Positions 1 to 9,408 are shown, numbered from the stretch's first letter. The stretch is DNA of 46,661 nt from Candidatus Nanohalarchaeota archaeon (GCA_003660865.1 QMVA01000001.1:1-46661), one strand, 5' to 3'. A program made the numbers and translations. Notes: generated by a model from the sequence alone, not told the origin.

Positions 1-17
1 AATCTGCGATTTTTAGG

Positions 18-162
18 ATTGCGGAATTGGTACCCAATTCCTAATTTCGCAATGTAGGAAATCGGTACGATTTGCGAAATTTTGAAAATTTGTACCAAAT
101 TTCCAATTTTCGAAATTCGAAATAGGTGAACATTTCGAAAATCCAGGAAATCTTCGATTTCC
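18..162. repeat. Cluster of short AT-rich palindromes that could form hairpins (6-8 bp arms, 3-nt centres)
   Basis: Read directly: ggaattgg-tac-ccaattcc (23-41), aaatcg-gta-cgattt (59-73), aaatttg-tac-caaattt (86-102), ggaaatc-ttc-gatttcc (146-162). There are also ttcgaa-type palindromes near 108-122 and 133-143. No ORF covers this region. Confidence 0.6.
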
Positions 163-262
163 CCGGATAGATTAACGTCTCTTGGTTTTAGGTTAAATTT
201 GTCCATTTAGTAACGATATTAACTATAGTGTTAGATTTAGCTTAAATACTCTTCTGATAGAA

Positions 263-727
263 TTATTCTAATATGAATATTTCGGCTGTGTCCCCAATGT
301 TAATGTTGTGCTTTTCTGCGTATCTTCTGTTGACTTCGAGGACGTATCTGGAATTTGTTTCTGGGCCGTATGTGGGACATGCGGGGGTGTTGCAGGGTTT
401 TGCTTCTTTTTGGATGTAGATGATTTTGCTGTTGGCGTCCATCCAGATGATGTCAAGAGGTATCAAGGTGTTTTTCATCCAGAACCTGTGTGTGTCGTCG
501 TTTTTGAAGATGAAGAGCATGCCGCATGATTCGCAGAGTTCGGTTCGGTGCATCAGTCCTGTGGTGATTTCCTTTGGTGTTGTTGCGAGTTCGATTTCTA
601 TGCAGGTGTTTTCGAAGCATATTGTGTCCTGGTTTTGTCTTTGTGCGGCGGTTAGGAATAAGATGGTGAATCCTACGATTATTAGTGCGTAGATTGTTCT
701 TTTGATTGGGGCTTTTTTGTTTTTCAT
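263..727 (-). CDS. DUF192 (COG1430) family protein with N-terminal membrane/signal segment
   Basis: 154-aa ORF. It has a hydrophobic N-terminus followed by the GLMHR...GMLFIF...FWMKNTLIPLDIIWMD pattern typical of DUF192. A TATA-like tttaaata (minus strand, about 750-757) lies about 25 nt upstream of the ATG. Confidence 0.8.
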   Translation of the reverse strand: MKNKKAPIKRTIYALIIVGFTILFLTAAQRQNQDTICFENTCIEIELATTPKEITTGLMHRTELCESCGMLFIFKNDDTHRFWMKNTLIPLDIIWMDANSKIIYIQKEAKPCNTPACPTYGPETNSRYVLEVNRRYAEKHNINIGDTAEIFILE

Positions 728-770
728 ACGATTTGTTTTTGGTGTCGTTATTTAAATTCCTATCTTCTGA

Positions 771-878
771 TGTGTCCCCAACATATTTAATCTGTGGGGT
801 GCAAGAATGTATTATGCATGTTGCGCGTAATCTTTGGGTTCATAATGATAGACTTCGAATTATCTTGCAAGATGGTAC
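771..878 (+). repeat. Copy A of a 108/109-bp diverged direct repeat: duplicate of the acetyltransferase promoter plus first codons
   Basis: Hand alignment to 2135-2243 gives 24 mismatches and 1 gap over 109 columns (about 77% identity). It contains aacatatttaa (TATA-like) and an ATG at 814. It overlaps the last 19 nt of the ATPase CDS on the other strand. Confidence 0.8.
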
Positions 879-2029
879 TTGTCCATGACAAATTCCTTAA
901 AACCGATAATCTTGACATTGTACATTGAAGAAAGCTCATCGAGTAAATCATCTTGTTTCTTGTTTTTATCGTCAGTGTATTTACACTCAATAATATTCCT
1001 GCCAAACACAAAATCAAGTTCAACTGAATCTTTCATGTAATACATGGGGTTTTTATCTTTTATCCTCAAAAACACGATGTTTTCAAATAAAGATCCTGTG
1101 TCCTTAAATCCTGCTAGTACATTTCTTATGCCTGTGTCAGAAAAATACACTTTTCTCGGCGCAGCCATTCGCTCATTAAGACTACCATGCTTGCCAATCA
1201 TATAGACAAGATAGGTATCTTCAAAATAAGATAAATACCTACGCACACTATCTACAGATATCTTGAGGATGTTCGCAAGCTTATTGTATGTCAATCTTTT
1301 GCCGACTCTTTCTGAAAGAAGCTTAAGCAAATTAAAAACTATGGTCTTATCTTTAATATTATGGTAAGCTATTATATCTTTATAGACAATACTTTCAACA
1401 AGCTCTTTAAGATAGTCAATGTCCGGTTCCAATACATACTCGGGCATGCCTCCATTTTTTAGATAATCATCAAAATATGTTTTCATAAGCGCATAATCGT
1501 ACTTTTTTACTTTTATTTTCCTGAATTGAAGAAATTCCTGAAAATCCAGAGGCATGACTTCGATTGTCTTTGTTCTCCCTGTGAGGAATGCTTTTTTGTC
1601 TTTCAGTACAGAAGCAGACGAAGAGGATATAATTATCTTAAGATTCGTCATATCATAGAGGTTTTTAATCTCCTGCTGAAAGTTCTTTTTGTATGTGACT
1701 TCGTCAAGAAATAGGTATGCTTTGTCATCAATTGGAATCTTCTTCATTTCCCTGTAAGTTTCAATGATATCTTTGATAGTGTGGTTTTCGAACTCAAAAT
1801 TATCAAGAGATGCGTAGAACACTTTTTTTGCAGGCACTTTTTTGAGAAGTTCAGTAATTGTCTGTTTAATGAGTGTTGTTTTTCCTACTCTTCTGATGCC
1901 TGTAATGATGATAACATTTTTGCGGTCAATATCTTCGATTATTTTGTCAAGATATTTAGGTCTCTGTATTGCACTAAAATCGTAAGTGTCAAACCACCAA
2001 GGATTATATTGCTCAAGTACTTCTTTCAT
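860..2029 (-). CDS. AAA+ ATPase, COG1373 / DUF4143-type
   Basis: 389-aa ORF with Walker A GIRRVGKTT and Walker B YLFLDEV. The C-terminal half fits the DUF4143 architecture as I remember it. A TATA-like tatttaaata lies about 25 nt upstream of the ATG. The gene is visibly more AT-rich than its neighbours. Confidence 0.85.
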   Translation of the reverse strand: MKEVLEQYNPWWFDTYDFSAIQRPKYLDKIIEDIDRKNVIIITGIRRVGKTTLIKQTITELLKKVPAKKVFYASLDNFEFENHTIKDIIETYREMKKIPIDDKAYLFLDEVTYKKNFQQEIKNLYDMTNLKIIISSSSASVLKDKKAFLTGRTKTIEVMPLDFQEFLQFRKIKVKKYDYALMKTYFDDYLKNGGMPEYVLEPDIDYLKELVESIVYKDIIAYHNIKDKTIVFNLLKLLSERVGKRLTYNKLANILKISVDSVRRYLSYFEDTYLVYMIGKHGSLNERMAAPRKVYFSDTGIRNVLAGFKDTGSLFENIVFLRIKDKNPMYYMKDSVELDFVFGRNIIECKYTDDKNKKQDDLLDELSSMYNVKIIGFKEFVMDKYHLAR

Positions 2030-2134
2030 GGTGTAATTATAGTTGGTTTATATTTAAATAGTTTACGATGGTATCGACAACAAATAGGTGGTTGTTTACG
2101 AGGGTAACGTAAACAATTCCATACGGGCGATAAA

Positions 2135-2243
2135 TGTGCTCCTAACATATTTAACCTGCTGGGCGCAAGAATATGCTATGCATGCTACGCGCAATCTCCA
2201 CATTCATAAGACCAGTACTTCGAATTCTCTTACAAGATGGTAC
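2135..2243 (+). repeat. Copy B of the 108/109-bp direct repeat (functional promoter plus 5' end of the acetyltransferase gene)
   Basis: Aligns to 771-878 (see copy A). It contains TATA atatttaa (2147-2154) and the ATG at 2178. Confidence 0.8.
2147..2154 (+). promoter_or_regulatory. TATA box for a leaderless acetyltransferase transcript
   Basis: atatttaa is centred about 28 nt upstream of ATG 2178. This spacing recurs at other genes in the window (for example 20234, 21129, 33149). Confidence 0.5.
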
Positions 2244-2663
2244 AGGGTTAAAAGTCCGTTCAGGGTTGTGTTTAATTTTTTCGTGATATATTCTGTCAGG
2301 TATTGTCCTTCGCTTGCGCTTAAAAGGGTGCTTCTTCGCGCGACAGGCATGAAAGTCGGTGCGAATACGTCGATTGCGCTTTCTGTAACTTTTGATATAT
2401 TCTTTCCTGAGCTTATAGAAATCGGTGAGAATTGCATAATTGGTTATAATGCAACGATACTTGCGCATGAGTTTCTTATTGATGAATACCGTACAGGCAG
2501 GGTGAATATTGGGGATAATGTGATGATTGGCGCAAATACAACTGTGCTTGCCGGTGTGACGATTGGGGATAATGCGCAGGTGTCTGCGATGACGCTTGTG
2601 AATAAGGATGTTTTGAAAAATGCGAAAGTGGGTGGGGTTCCATTAAGAAGTATTTCGAAATAA
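2178..2663 (+). CDS. Hexapeptide-repeat (left-handed beta-helix) acyl/acetyltransferase, WcaF/LacA-like
   Basis: Hexapeptide repeats are present (IGENCIIGYNATI, IGDNVMIGANTTV, IGDNAQVSAMTLV). The N-terminal LLRATGMKVG resembles WcaF-type LLRLFGAKIG. The start was set at ATG 2178 on promoter geometry; the track ORF begins at 2088 and GTG 2268 is also possible. Confidence 0.8.
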   Translation: MHATRNLHIHKTSTSNSLTRWYRVKSPFRVVFNFFVIYSVRYCPSLALKRVLLRATGMKVGANTSIALSVTFDIFFPELIEIGENCIIGYNATILAHEFLIDEYRTGRVNIGDNVMIGANTTVLAGVTIGDNAQVSAMTLVNKDVLKNAKVGGVPLRSISK

Positions 2664-2689
2664 TTGCCAGAAATGCGCTTTGCCTGAAA

Positions 2690-3205
2690 ATGTTGATTTT
2701 TGTAAATATAGTGGGGACTTTGTTTGGGTTCTGGTATTACAAGTTCCAGCTTGCGTCTACGCCGCTTGTGAAACTTGTTTTTGTGCCTGATTGTCCTATT
2801 TATACGCTGCTTTTCGCGTGCTTTCTTGTGCTTCATTTCATGGGGAAGAAGAGTGCTATACTTGCGACTGTGACTTTTATCGGACTTGTTAAATATGGGT
2901 TTTGGACCGTGCTTGTGATATCGCTGTATTGTGAATACTATGCTGCAAGCGATTTGTTTTTGTATGTGGTGCTATTCATTTTGCATATAGGGATGATTGC
3001 GCAGGCGTATGTTATCCCGCAAATATCGGGGTTTTCTAAAGATGCGCTGATGATTGCGCTTGTCTGGTTTCTTGCAAATGATGTCATGGATTACTTTTTT
3101 GGTACTGCGCCGTACCTGCCAGATTACATGTATCATAATCTTCTTTTTGTTGAAAGTACTTTAATGACAATAATCTTAGTGATATATTCAAGGAAATCTA
3201 TGTGA
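2690..3205 (+). CDS. DUF1405-like polytopic membrane protein
   Basis: 171-aa ORF with about 5 hydrophobic helices. The patterns NIVGTLFGFWYY and FVPDCPIYTLLFA recall DUF1405. The family assignment is from memory only. Confidence 0.6.
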   Translation: MLIFVNIVGTLFGFWYYKFQLASTPLVKLVFVPDCPIYTLLFACFLVLHFMGKKSAILATVTFIGLVKYGFWTVLVISLYCEYYAASDLFLYVVLFILHIGMIAQAYVIPQISGFSKDALMIALVWFLANDVMDYFFGTAPYLPDYMYHNLLFVESTLMTIILVIYSRKSM

Positions 3206-4062
3206 TGTATATGGACTGGTTCGTACTTTCACTTATTGGTATGGTTCTTTATGGAATCCAGAATTTCATATACAAAGTTGTTGCAGAGAAAAGGCTGAAT
3301 TCCGGTCTTGTGCTGTTGACAAGTTTTGTTACCGGTGCGATTCTTTCGGGGGTAGTCCTTTGTTTTTCTTTTAAATCGCAGGATAACTATTCTGTGATAT
3401 TTGCGTTTGCGGTTTTTCAGGCATCATTTTATCTCATATCGCGCTATGTCAAGATCGAATCGTTCAAATATATACCTGCGGTAGTGGCTTTGCCTATATC
3501 CCGTGTCCATTTTGCACTTACGGCACTGCTTGGGATAATCATATTGAATGAGCCATATAAGTCATATACTGTGCTTGGAATATTTCTCTTTTTGGGTGTG
3601 GTATTTATTTTGTCTAAAGGGTCTCATGTGAAAGATATAAGAGAATCGAATTTCAGGTCCGGGTTTGCATTGGCAATAGCGACTGCGTTTTTTACTACGA
3701 TATCAGAGTTTATGGTGAAAATCGCGGCAGTGCAGTATGATGTGAATCTGTTTATGTTCATGAGTTATGTCTGGCTTACGATTCCTTCCCATATCCTCAA
3801 TCGGAGGCTTAGTGACGAGAGAGATGACAGGAGAGTTGCGGTTATGTCCGGTGTTTTGATTGGGCTTTTTAATTTTGCTTCGTTTTTTACGGTTATGTGT
3901 GCACTCAAAGCAGGTCCTGCTTCTGTGATATTTCCTGTTATCGGGCTGAATATGCTGATTACTATTTTTCTTACGGTGATAATATATCATGAAAAGGTAA
4001 CTTATCAGAGGTTGGCTGCTCTCGTTCTTTCAATTGTTGCAATCATCCTGTTAAGGCAATAA
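3205..4062 (+). CDS. EamA/DMT-superfamily transporter
   Basis: About 285 aa with roughly 10 predicted TM helices in two similar halves. The ATG overlaps the preceding TGA (tGATG), suggesting translational coupling. The track starts at GTG 3202. Confidence 0.7.
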   Translation: MYMDWFVLSLIGMVLYGIQNFIYKVVAEKRLNSGLVLLTSFVTGAILSGVVLCFSFKSQDNYSVIFAFAVFQASFYLISRYVKIESFKYIPAVVALPISRVHFALTALLGIIILNEPYKSYTVLGIFLFLGVVFILSKGSHVKDIRESNFRSGFALAIATAFFTTISEFMVKIAAVQYDVNLFMFMSYVWLTIPSHILNRRLSDERDDRRVAVMSGVLIGLFNFASFFTVMCALKAGPASVIFPVIGLNMLITIFLTVIIYHEKVTYQRLAALVLSIVAIILLRQ

Positions 4063-4108
4063 GGGTTGTCTGTAAATCTATTTATACGACCTCGTTCAAA
4101 GAAAAGTT

Positions 4109-4507
4109 ATGAGTAATACGATTCCGAAAGCCCAGTCCGGTCTGGAACTGATGATGCTTATTTCATATTCGTTGCTTGTGTTTTCAGTGATTTACATCGT
4201 ATTCCTCCAGAGCAGTTTCACTACGATTAAGGAAAAAAGAGTTATGGAGTCACAGAAACTTGTGGAGATGATAGGATATGAGATAGATATTGCAACAAGT
4301 ATGGGTACTGGTTATTCAAAAAATGTGACTCTTTCTGATACGATATTGGGGGAGACATATAATGTAATTGTAGTTAGTAATCTTGTCATTGTGAATTCGT
4401 CACAAAGTTATACGGCCTCTATAATCACGTCGAATATAACAGGAACAATCCTGCCTGGTGACAATAGGATAGAAAACAGGGATGGTCAGATATATGCAAA
4501 TTTGTAA
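4109..4507 (+). CDS. Type IV pilin-like protein with class III signal peptide
   Basis: The N-terminus is MSNTIPKA/QSGLELMMLISYSLLVFSVIYIVF: K-A at -2/-1, Glu at +5, then a hydrophobic helix. This is the prepilin-peptidase substrate architecture. Confidence 0.75.
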   Translation: MSNTIPKAQSGLELMMLISYSLLVFSVIYIVFLQSSFTTIKEKRVMESQKLVEMIGYEIDIATSMGTGYSKNVTLSDTILGETYNVIVVSNLVIVNSSQSYTASIITSNITGTILPGDNRIENRDGQIYANL

Positions 4508-4508
4508 G

Positions 4509-5645
4509 ATGAGAAAAAGTCAGGTGTTGAGTCCTGATTTTACAATGAGCTTGGTAATATTTACGGCGATATTATTTTTGAGTTATACTGTATGGAATAC
4601 ATCGCAAGAGAAATCGATGCGGTTTTATGATACTGAACAGATGCAAAAGAAAGCGTTATATGTATCAGATATACTTCTGAATACGCCGGGTATTCCGCCG
4701 GACTGGAATACATCCAATGTACAGATGGCGGGCTTTAGAAATGTCGATTCAAGCACTTTGGACAGCGACAAACTGATTAATTTCAGACTGCTTGAATATA
4801 ATCGTTCGAAAGAAGTTCTTGGTCTCCGGTCGTATGATTATTGTATAAACATCACAGATCCGGAGGGTATGCTGCTGAAGTTGGATGGTGTCGTGACGGG
4901 TACTGCGGCAGTTTTCGCGACAGGCACCGATGATAACATAATAAAGGACTTTCTGGAAAATTACCAGAATGATTGGGATTACTACTGGGCAAGACCAGGT
5001 GCTGTGCCATCAAATAACGCTACTCATGTTTATCAGGATCCAAATCAAAATGACTTATTTGACGTACTAATCGACAATATCTCAAGTTATAACACAATAA
5101 TTATTGAAGGTATAAACGCATTGACAGTAACGGCAGCAGACGAAGTAAAAATACAAAATTTCGTTAGCGTTGGCGGGACATTTATAGATATCCAGGACGA
5201 TCATTTTGCGCAGCTTATTAAACACTTTGCGAATGTACCTGACGGAGAAAGTGCTGACAATTCAGATGAAATAGGAACAGCTATCAAAAAAGATATACTG
5301 CTTCCTGAGAAGGACGTTGGTGAGACAGTTACTTTTGAAACAGCAAAATTCAGATTCAATATGTCTGAAGTAGACAAGGCAATTGTGGAAAGCGATGGGC
5401 ATGCAGGGTATTGCATAGTATGCCTCTGGTACTACGGCAGCGGAAAGATATATTATTTGCCTGATGGGAGCAAAGACAACACTAAAGCCCCAGTTGATGG
5501 CATGGATTTTGATGGGATAGAGCTAATATATGGGAATGATGAGACATTACAGGCGGATGATGTCGTGCCAATAAGGCGCCTCATAACTATAGCTGGTGGG
5601 CAGGTTCCCAAAATAGGTTTAATGAATCTCTATATATACAAATAA
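4509..5645 (+). CDS. Pilin-like secreted protein (class III signal peptide) with large C-terminal domain
   Basis: The start was moved to ATG 4509 (MRKS/QVLSPDFTMSLVIFTAILF), directly after the upstream stop. K-S at -2/-1 is followed by a hydrophobic helix. No C-terminal domain was recognised with confidence. Confidence 0.7.
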   Translation: MRKSQVLSPDFTMSLVIFTAILFLSYTVWNTSQEKSMRFYDTEQMQKKALYVSDILLNTPGIPPDWNTSNVQMAGFRNVDSSTLDSDKLINFRLLEYNRSKEVLGLRSYDYCINITDPEGMLLKLDGVVTGTAAVFATGTDDNIIKDFLENYQNDWDYYWARPGAVPSNNATHVYQDPNQNDLFDVLIDNISSYNTIIIEGINALTVTAADEVKIQNFVSVGGTFIDIQDDHFAQLIKHFANVPDGESADNSDEIGTAIKKDILLPEKDVGETVTFETAKFRFNMSEVDKAIVESDGHAGYCIVCLWYYGSGKIYYLPDGSKDNTKAPVDGMDFDGIELIYGNDETLQADDVVPIRRLITIAGGQVPKIGLMNLYIYK

Positions 5646-5648
5646 AGG

Positions 5649-8600
5649 ATGATAAATATGACAGTCCAAAAAAAGGCAATAATGTTTACGACAGATGCTT
5701 TAATAGGGATGTCTCTTTTGATTATTGCCGCAGCAATCATTTTCTCGCAGGATGCTTCCAGAATGCCTTATAGGTATACGTTTGAGCAGGCGAATGTCAT
5801 ATCTGAAGATTTTGTAAGTATGTTGTCATCTATCGAATTCAGCAGTGTAAATGAGACACTTAGAGAATCAATAATCTCTGACACAAATGTGAGTTCAGAT
5901 GACTATGGTGAAGATTTAGTATATATTATTGGCGCGTTGTGGGCAGAGAATTCAACGATATCAATGAGCTATGCAAGACAACTTACACAGGCATATATTG
6001 GTGCGTTGATACCAGTAGGATATAGCTATGGCCTGTTTATTGATGATGAGGAAATATATTCTGATTCCAAGGGGGATTATGGGGTACTTTCAGCATCAAA
6101 GCGCATGATTTCAGGTATCCATGAGGGACTTCCCACGAAAGGAATCTCAACGAGAGTATCAATAAGCAATATCCTCTCGAAAAATACAGCAAAATTCATA
6201 TATTTCGGCGGGTTTGTGGGCGAAGGAAATATCACAAAAATATTCATGCTTCCGGATGCAGTAGGCAGTGTGACTAATGTCTATATTGAAATGGATGCCG
6301 GGACCAATTTCACAATGAGTGTCAACGAAAACTTTGCAGGTACATACACAATGAGCAGTATGGTTCCGATGTATGCAAATAACTGGACAATGCCTTCATC
6401 ATATTATTCACTATTTAGTCCCCGGGAGAACACAATCCAAATCAATTTTACGGACGCGCAAAACAGCTATATTGGTGGCGGATATATTAAAGTCGCGTAC
6501 AATACCTCGCAAATGGATACGACTATGATTGATTTGGATAACGGCAATGTATCGGAAAGGTATGGTTTTCCCGGTATCAATGGTTTCATAAATCTATACT
6601 CATCGTTTTATGTGCCTGGTACTCTTAATTCAATGCGCATCTATCTGCACATTTTCAATCCCTATACGACTTTCTTATATGTAGGCAATACAAGAGTGTA
6701 TCAAAATCAGACAAATCAGACGCAACATATATACATAAATGATACCGCTCTTTCATCCATGCTGAATTATGCATCAATGAGCGAAGCTACGATACCTATT
6801 CGTTTTGGTGTGAAGAATATGACGGGACTGGGCTTTGGAAGTGATGTGGTTGAAGTTACGGATCTTTCCGGGAGTATGGGTACTTTTGATGTGCAGCCAG
6901 GAAATCAGGAACGTATTGCTGTGGCTAAGGTATGTGACAAGGAGTTTGTGGATACAGTTTTGGCTAATGAGGGCCAGAGAGTCGGGCTTATAGCGTATGG
7001 CACAAGTACTGACAACAGCAGGACAGTGTATCTTACAGATAATAATGTGACATTAAAAGCTATGATTGATGGGTATGATCATGATCTGAGTTGGACGTGT
7101 ATCTCCTGTGGTGTGAAAAGCGCAACAGATATGCTTGTGTCAACAATCAATGTAACCACAGTCGTAAACAATGGCACCATATGGTACTATAATGACAGTT
7201 ATCTAAACACAGAACCGCCGGATGACAGTGAAGGACGCAAATGGTATGAATACAATTATACTCTCACTTCCGAATGGGATACAGGAAACGGTGTCTTCGG
7301 TGCAGGATCAGCATCAATGCCTATAACAACGTTACTCACAACAGCAGGAAGCAGTGGAAACCGAACTTATGTTAATCTGTGGGATGATAACATAACTACA
7401 ATTCCTGTCAGTTTTGAGACAGGATATAACTCCACAGCAAATACATATGGTTGGAACATGGGAGACGATGGCTGGGACCACGATTTGCAGGACAATAGTG
7501 GTCCTTATGGATATGATGACAATATTGATTACAATCTTGTGGTCAACGGGATGCTGGAGTTTGATACAAGAACAGGTGCACCTGCACGGAACCGGTGCGC
7601 TGGTTACGATTGCTCCGGAGCATACGGGATTCAGATGGATATAACACCAGAGGCATATAGTATTTTGTCAAGTTCAGGAATGGCAAAACTGTCATTCAAA
7701 TATGAATGGGACGGAAACGATGATCCTTTTTGGAATAGCGACGAAGTCTGGATCAAGGCACGATGGACAAGTCCGACCACAGGTATTCATTATCTTGGAA
7801 GTGAACTTTCCAGCGCAGGAGGCGACACAACTCCAGAAATTGATTTTCGTGACAATCCGAATAATGATATCCCTCTAACAAACACAGTTCACACTATGAC
7901 AAATAGGATTGAAGGTCCCGGGACATACTATCTTGAAATAGGAGGCAAATTATTGGCAAGTTGGTGGTCTGGTTCTAATAAATGGGGCTACTTCAGGTTT
8001 GACGATATTCTTTTGGAAATCAAAAACGGAACAGATACATACTATTTTAGGAAAAATTTTACTATAGATGATGTGAACAAGGTTGGCAGAGGTTTCCTAA
8101 AAGTTGTATCAGATGACATGGCAGATATATACTTGAACGGAGAACTGATAGACGCGGATCCCGGACCAGAACATGATGCAGATTACTGGAATCGTATTGA
8201 GTTTATCGACAGGTCTTATTTCAGGCAAGGAAGCAATGTTTTATCTGCTAAATTATATAACACTATAGGTTCTACGCGATTTGACCTGAAACTTGAAACA
8301 TTCAATAATTCAAGGAACAGGGCAATGTTGATTATGAGCGATGGAGGCGCAAATAGGTGCTTTGGCGCTTGTCCTGAAGGCGCAAAAAAGCAGGCAATAA
8401 ACTTTGCATGTGATGCTTATGAAAATTATGGGATAATATCTCATGCGGTTGGTTTTGGTGTGCCCCCGTCACTTGATGAGGAGACTCTCCAGAGTATTGC
8501 GGATTGCGGACGGGGCATGTATCGCTCAAGCAATAATGCGGATGAGTTAAAACAGATATATCAGGATATCGCAAATGCAATGATAAGCTACACTACCCAA

Positions 8601-9404
8601 AGGTCAAATATTACAGGTGAGTATACAATCACGACACTTTACCCCGATTCGTATATAGAATATAATTATACGCCATCTGTTGATCTTGATTATGGTGAAA
8701 TATCACTTACGTTTGATAGTCTCACGTTTGGTGAAACATCCGGCAACCCAGGTGTGGAAAGCCCAAAAAACGGCTCATACTGGATTCCGCCATCTGTTGA
8801 AGTCATTGATGCAAAAGCAACATCGTATTCTTCAGAGTTCTGGACAAGCATTCTAAACGTGAGAAACGAAACGTCCGGTTGGGTTAATGTATACAACTTA
8901 AGTACGTATGGAGATGATTTTACAAAGTTCGGTGATCCATATATTGTCTTCATGCCTGTATCGCTCATAGGGCAGAACCAGACCAATTATGTGCAGATAA
9001 ATACTGGCACCAATGAAACATATTTCACTGGCGGGTCGCCTGACAGTAAGGTGATATATACTATAAAAATCAAGGGAATTGCGAGTTACGGTGAGATATC
9101 TCCCAAGGCAGACGGGTGTGAATGGGTAGTGGAGCAATACAACGGCAATAACGCTACAATAAAAATTCCATCGGACTATAACGGGACGAAGACTTGCGAG
9201 TTTTCAAGTGCGCAAATAGTCTATGATCATGATGATTCAATAGACAATGCGGCAATCTTACTGCTGCAGCAACTTGATGTGACGGGCGATAACAGAATAG
9301 ATATTGCGATAGACCAGACTAATATCAATATATGTATAATAAAAGTTACAGATATCCCATGGATGTGGGGACCTGCGATTTTGAAACTTGAAATATGGAA
9401 GTAA
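5649..9404 (+). CDS. Giant pilin-like surface protein with a split von Willebrand factor A (vWA) domain
   Basis: The N-terminus is ..QKKA/IMFTTDALIGMSLLIIAAAII (class III-like). A MIDAS DLSGSMG motif sits at D405 (nt 6861). The conserved vWA Asp motif MLIMSDGGAN (D898) sits near nt 8340. I counted about 30 N-x-S/T sequons by eye. An alternative start is ATG 5658, which has better spacing from the aagga Shine-Dalgarno sequence. Confidence 0.8.
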   Translation: MINMTVQKKAIMFTTDALIGMSLLIIAAAIIFSQDASRMPYRYTFEQANVISEDFVSMLSSIEFSSVNETLRESIISDTNVSSDDYGEDLVYIIGALWAENSTISMSYARQLTQAYIGALIPVGYSYGLFIDDEEIYSDSKGDYGVLSASKRMISGIHEGLPTKGISTRVSISNILSKNTAKFIYFGGFVGEGNITKIFMLPDAVGSVTNVYIEMDAGTNFTMSVNENFAGTYTMSSMVPMYANNWTMPSSYYSLFSPRENTIQINFTDAQNSYIGGGYIKVAYNTSQMDTTMIDLDNGNVSERYGFPGINGFINLYSSFYVPGTLNSMRIYLHIFNPYTTFLYVGNTRVYQNQTNQTQHIYINDTALSSMLNYASMSEATIPIRFGVKNMTGLGFGSDVVEVTDLSGSMGTFDVQPGNQERIAVAKVCDKEFVDTVLANEGQRVGLIAYGTSTDNSRTVYLTDNNVTLKAMIDGYDHDLSWTCISCGVKSATDMLVSTINVTTVVNNGTIWYYNDSYLNTEPPDDSEGRKWYEYNYTLTSEWDTGNGVFGAGSASMPITTLLTTAGSSGNRTYVNLWDDNITTIPVSFETGYNSTANTYGWNMGDDGWDHDLQDNSGPYGYDDNIDYNLVVNGMLEFDTRTGAPARNRCAGYDCSGAYGIQMDITPEAYSILSSSGMAKLSFKYEWDGNDDPFWNSDEVWIKARWTSPTTGIHYLGSELSSAGGDTTPEIDFRDNPNNDIPLTNTVHTMTNRIEGPGTYYLEIGGKLLASWWSGSNKWGYFRFDDILLEIKNGTDTYYFRKNFTIDDVNKVGRGFLKVVSDDMADIYLNGELIDADPGPEHDADYWNRIEFIDRSYFRQGSNVLSAKLYNTIGSTRFDLKLETFNNSRNRAMLIMSDGGANRCFGACPEGAKKQAINFACDAYENYGIISHAVGFGVPPSLDEETLQSIADCGRGMYRSSNNADELKQIYQDIANAMISYTTQRSNITGEYTITTLYPDSYIEYNYTPSVDLDYGEISLTFDSLTFGETSGNPGVESPKNGSYWIPPSVEVIDAKATSYSSEFWTSILNVRNETSGWVNVYNLSTYGDDFTKFGDPYIVFMPVSLIGQNQTNYVQINTGTNETYFTGGSPDSKVIYTIKIKGIASYGEISPKADGCEWVVEQYNGNNATIKIPSDYNGTKTCEFSSAQIVYDHDDSIDNAAILLLQQLDVTGDNRIDIAIDQTNINICIIKVTDIPWMWGPAILKLEIWK

Positions 9405-9408
9405 TTAT

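Noticed and set aside
18-162. Replication origin (ORB-like repeats)
   Set aside because: The units are much shorter than ORB or mini-ORB elements. No orc1/cdc6 gene or AT-rich unwinding element is visible in the window. The element is kept only as an unexplained palindrome cluster.
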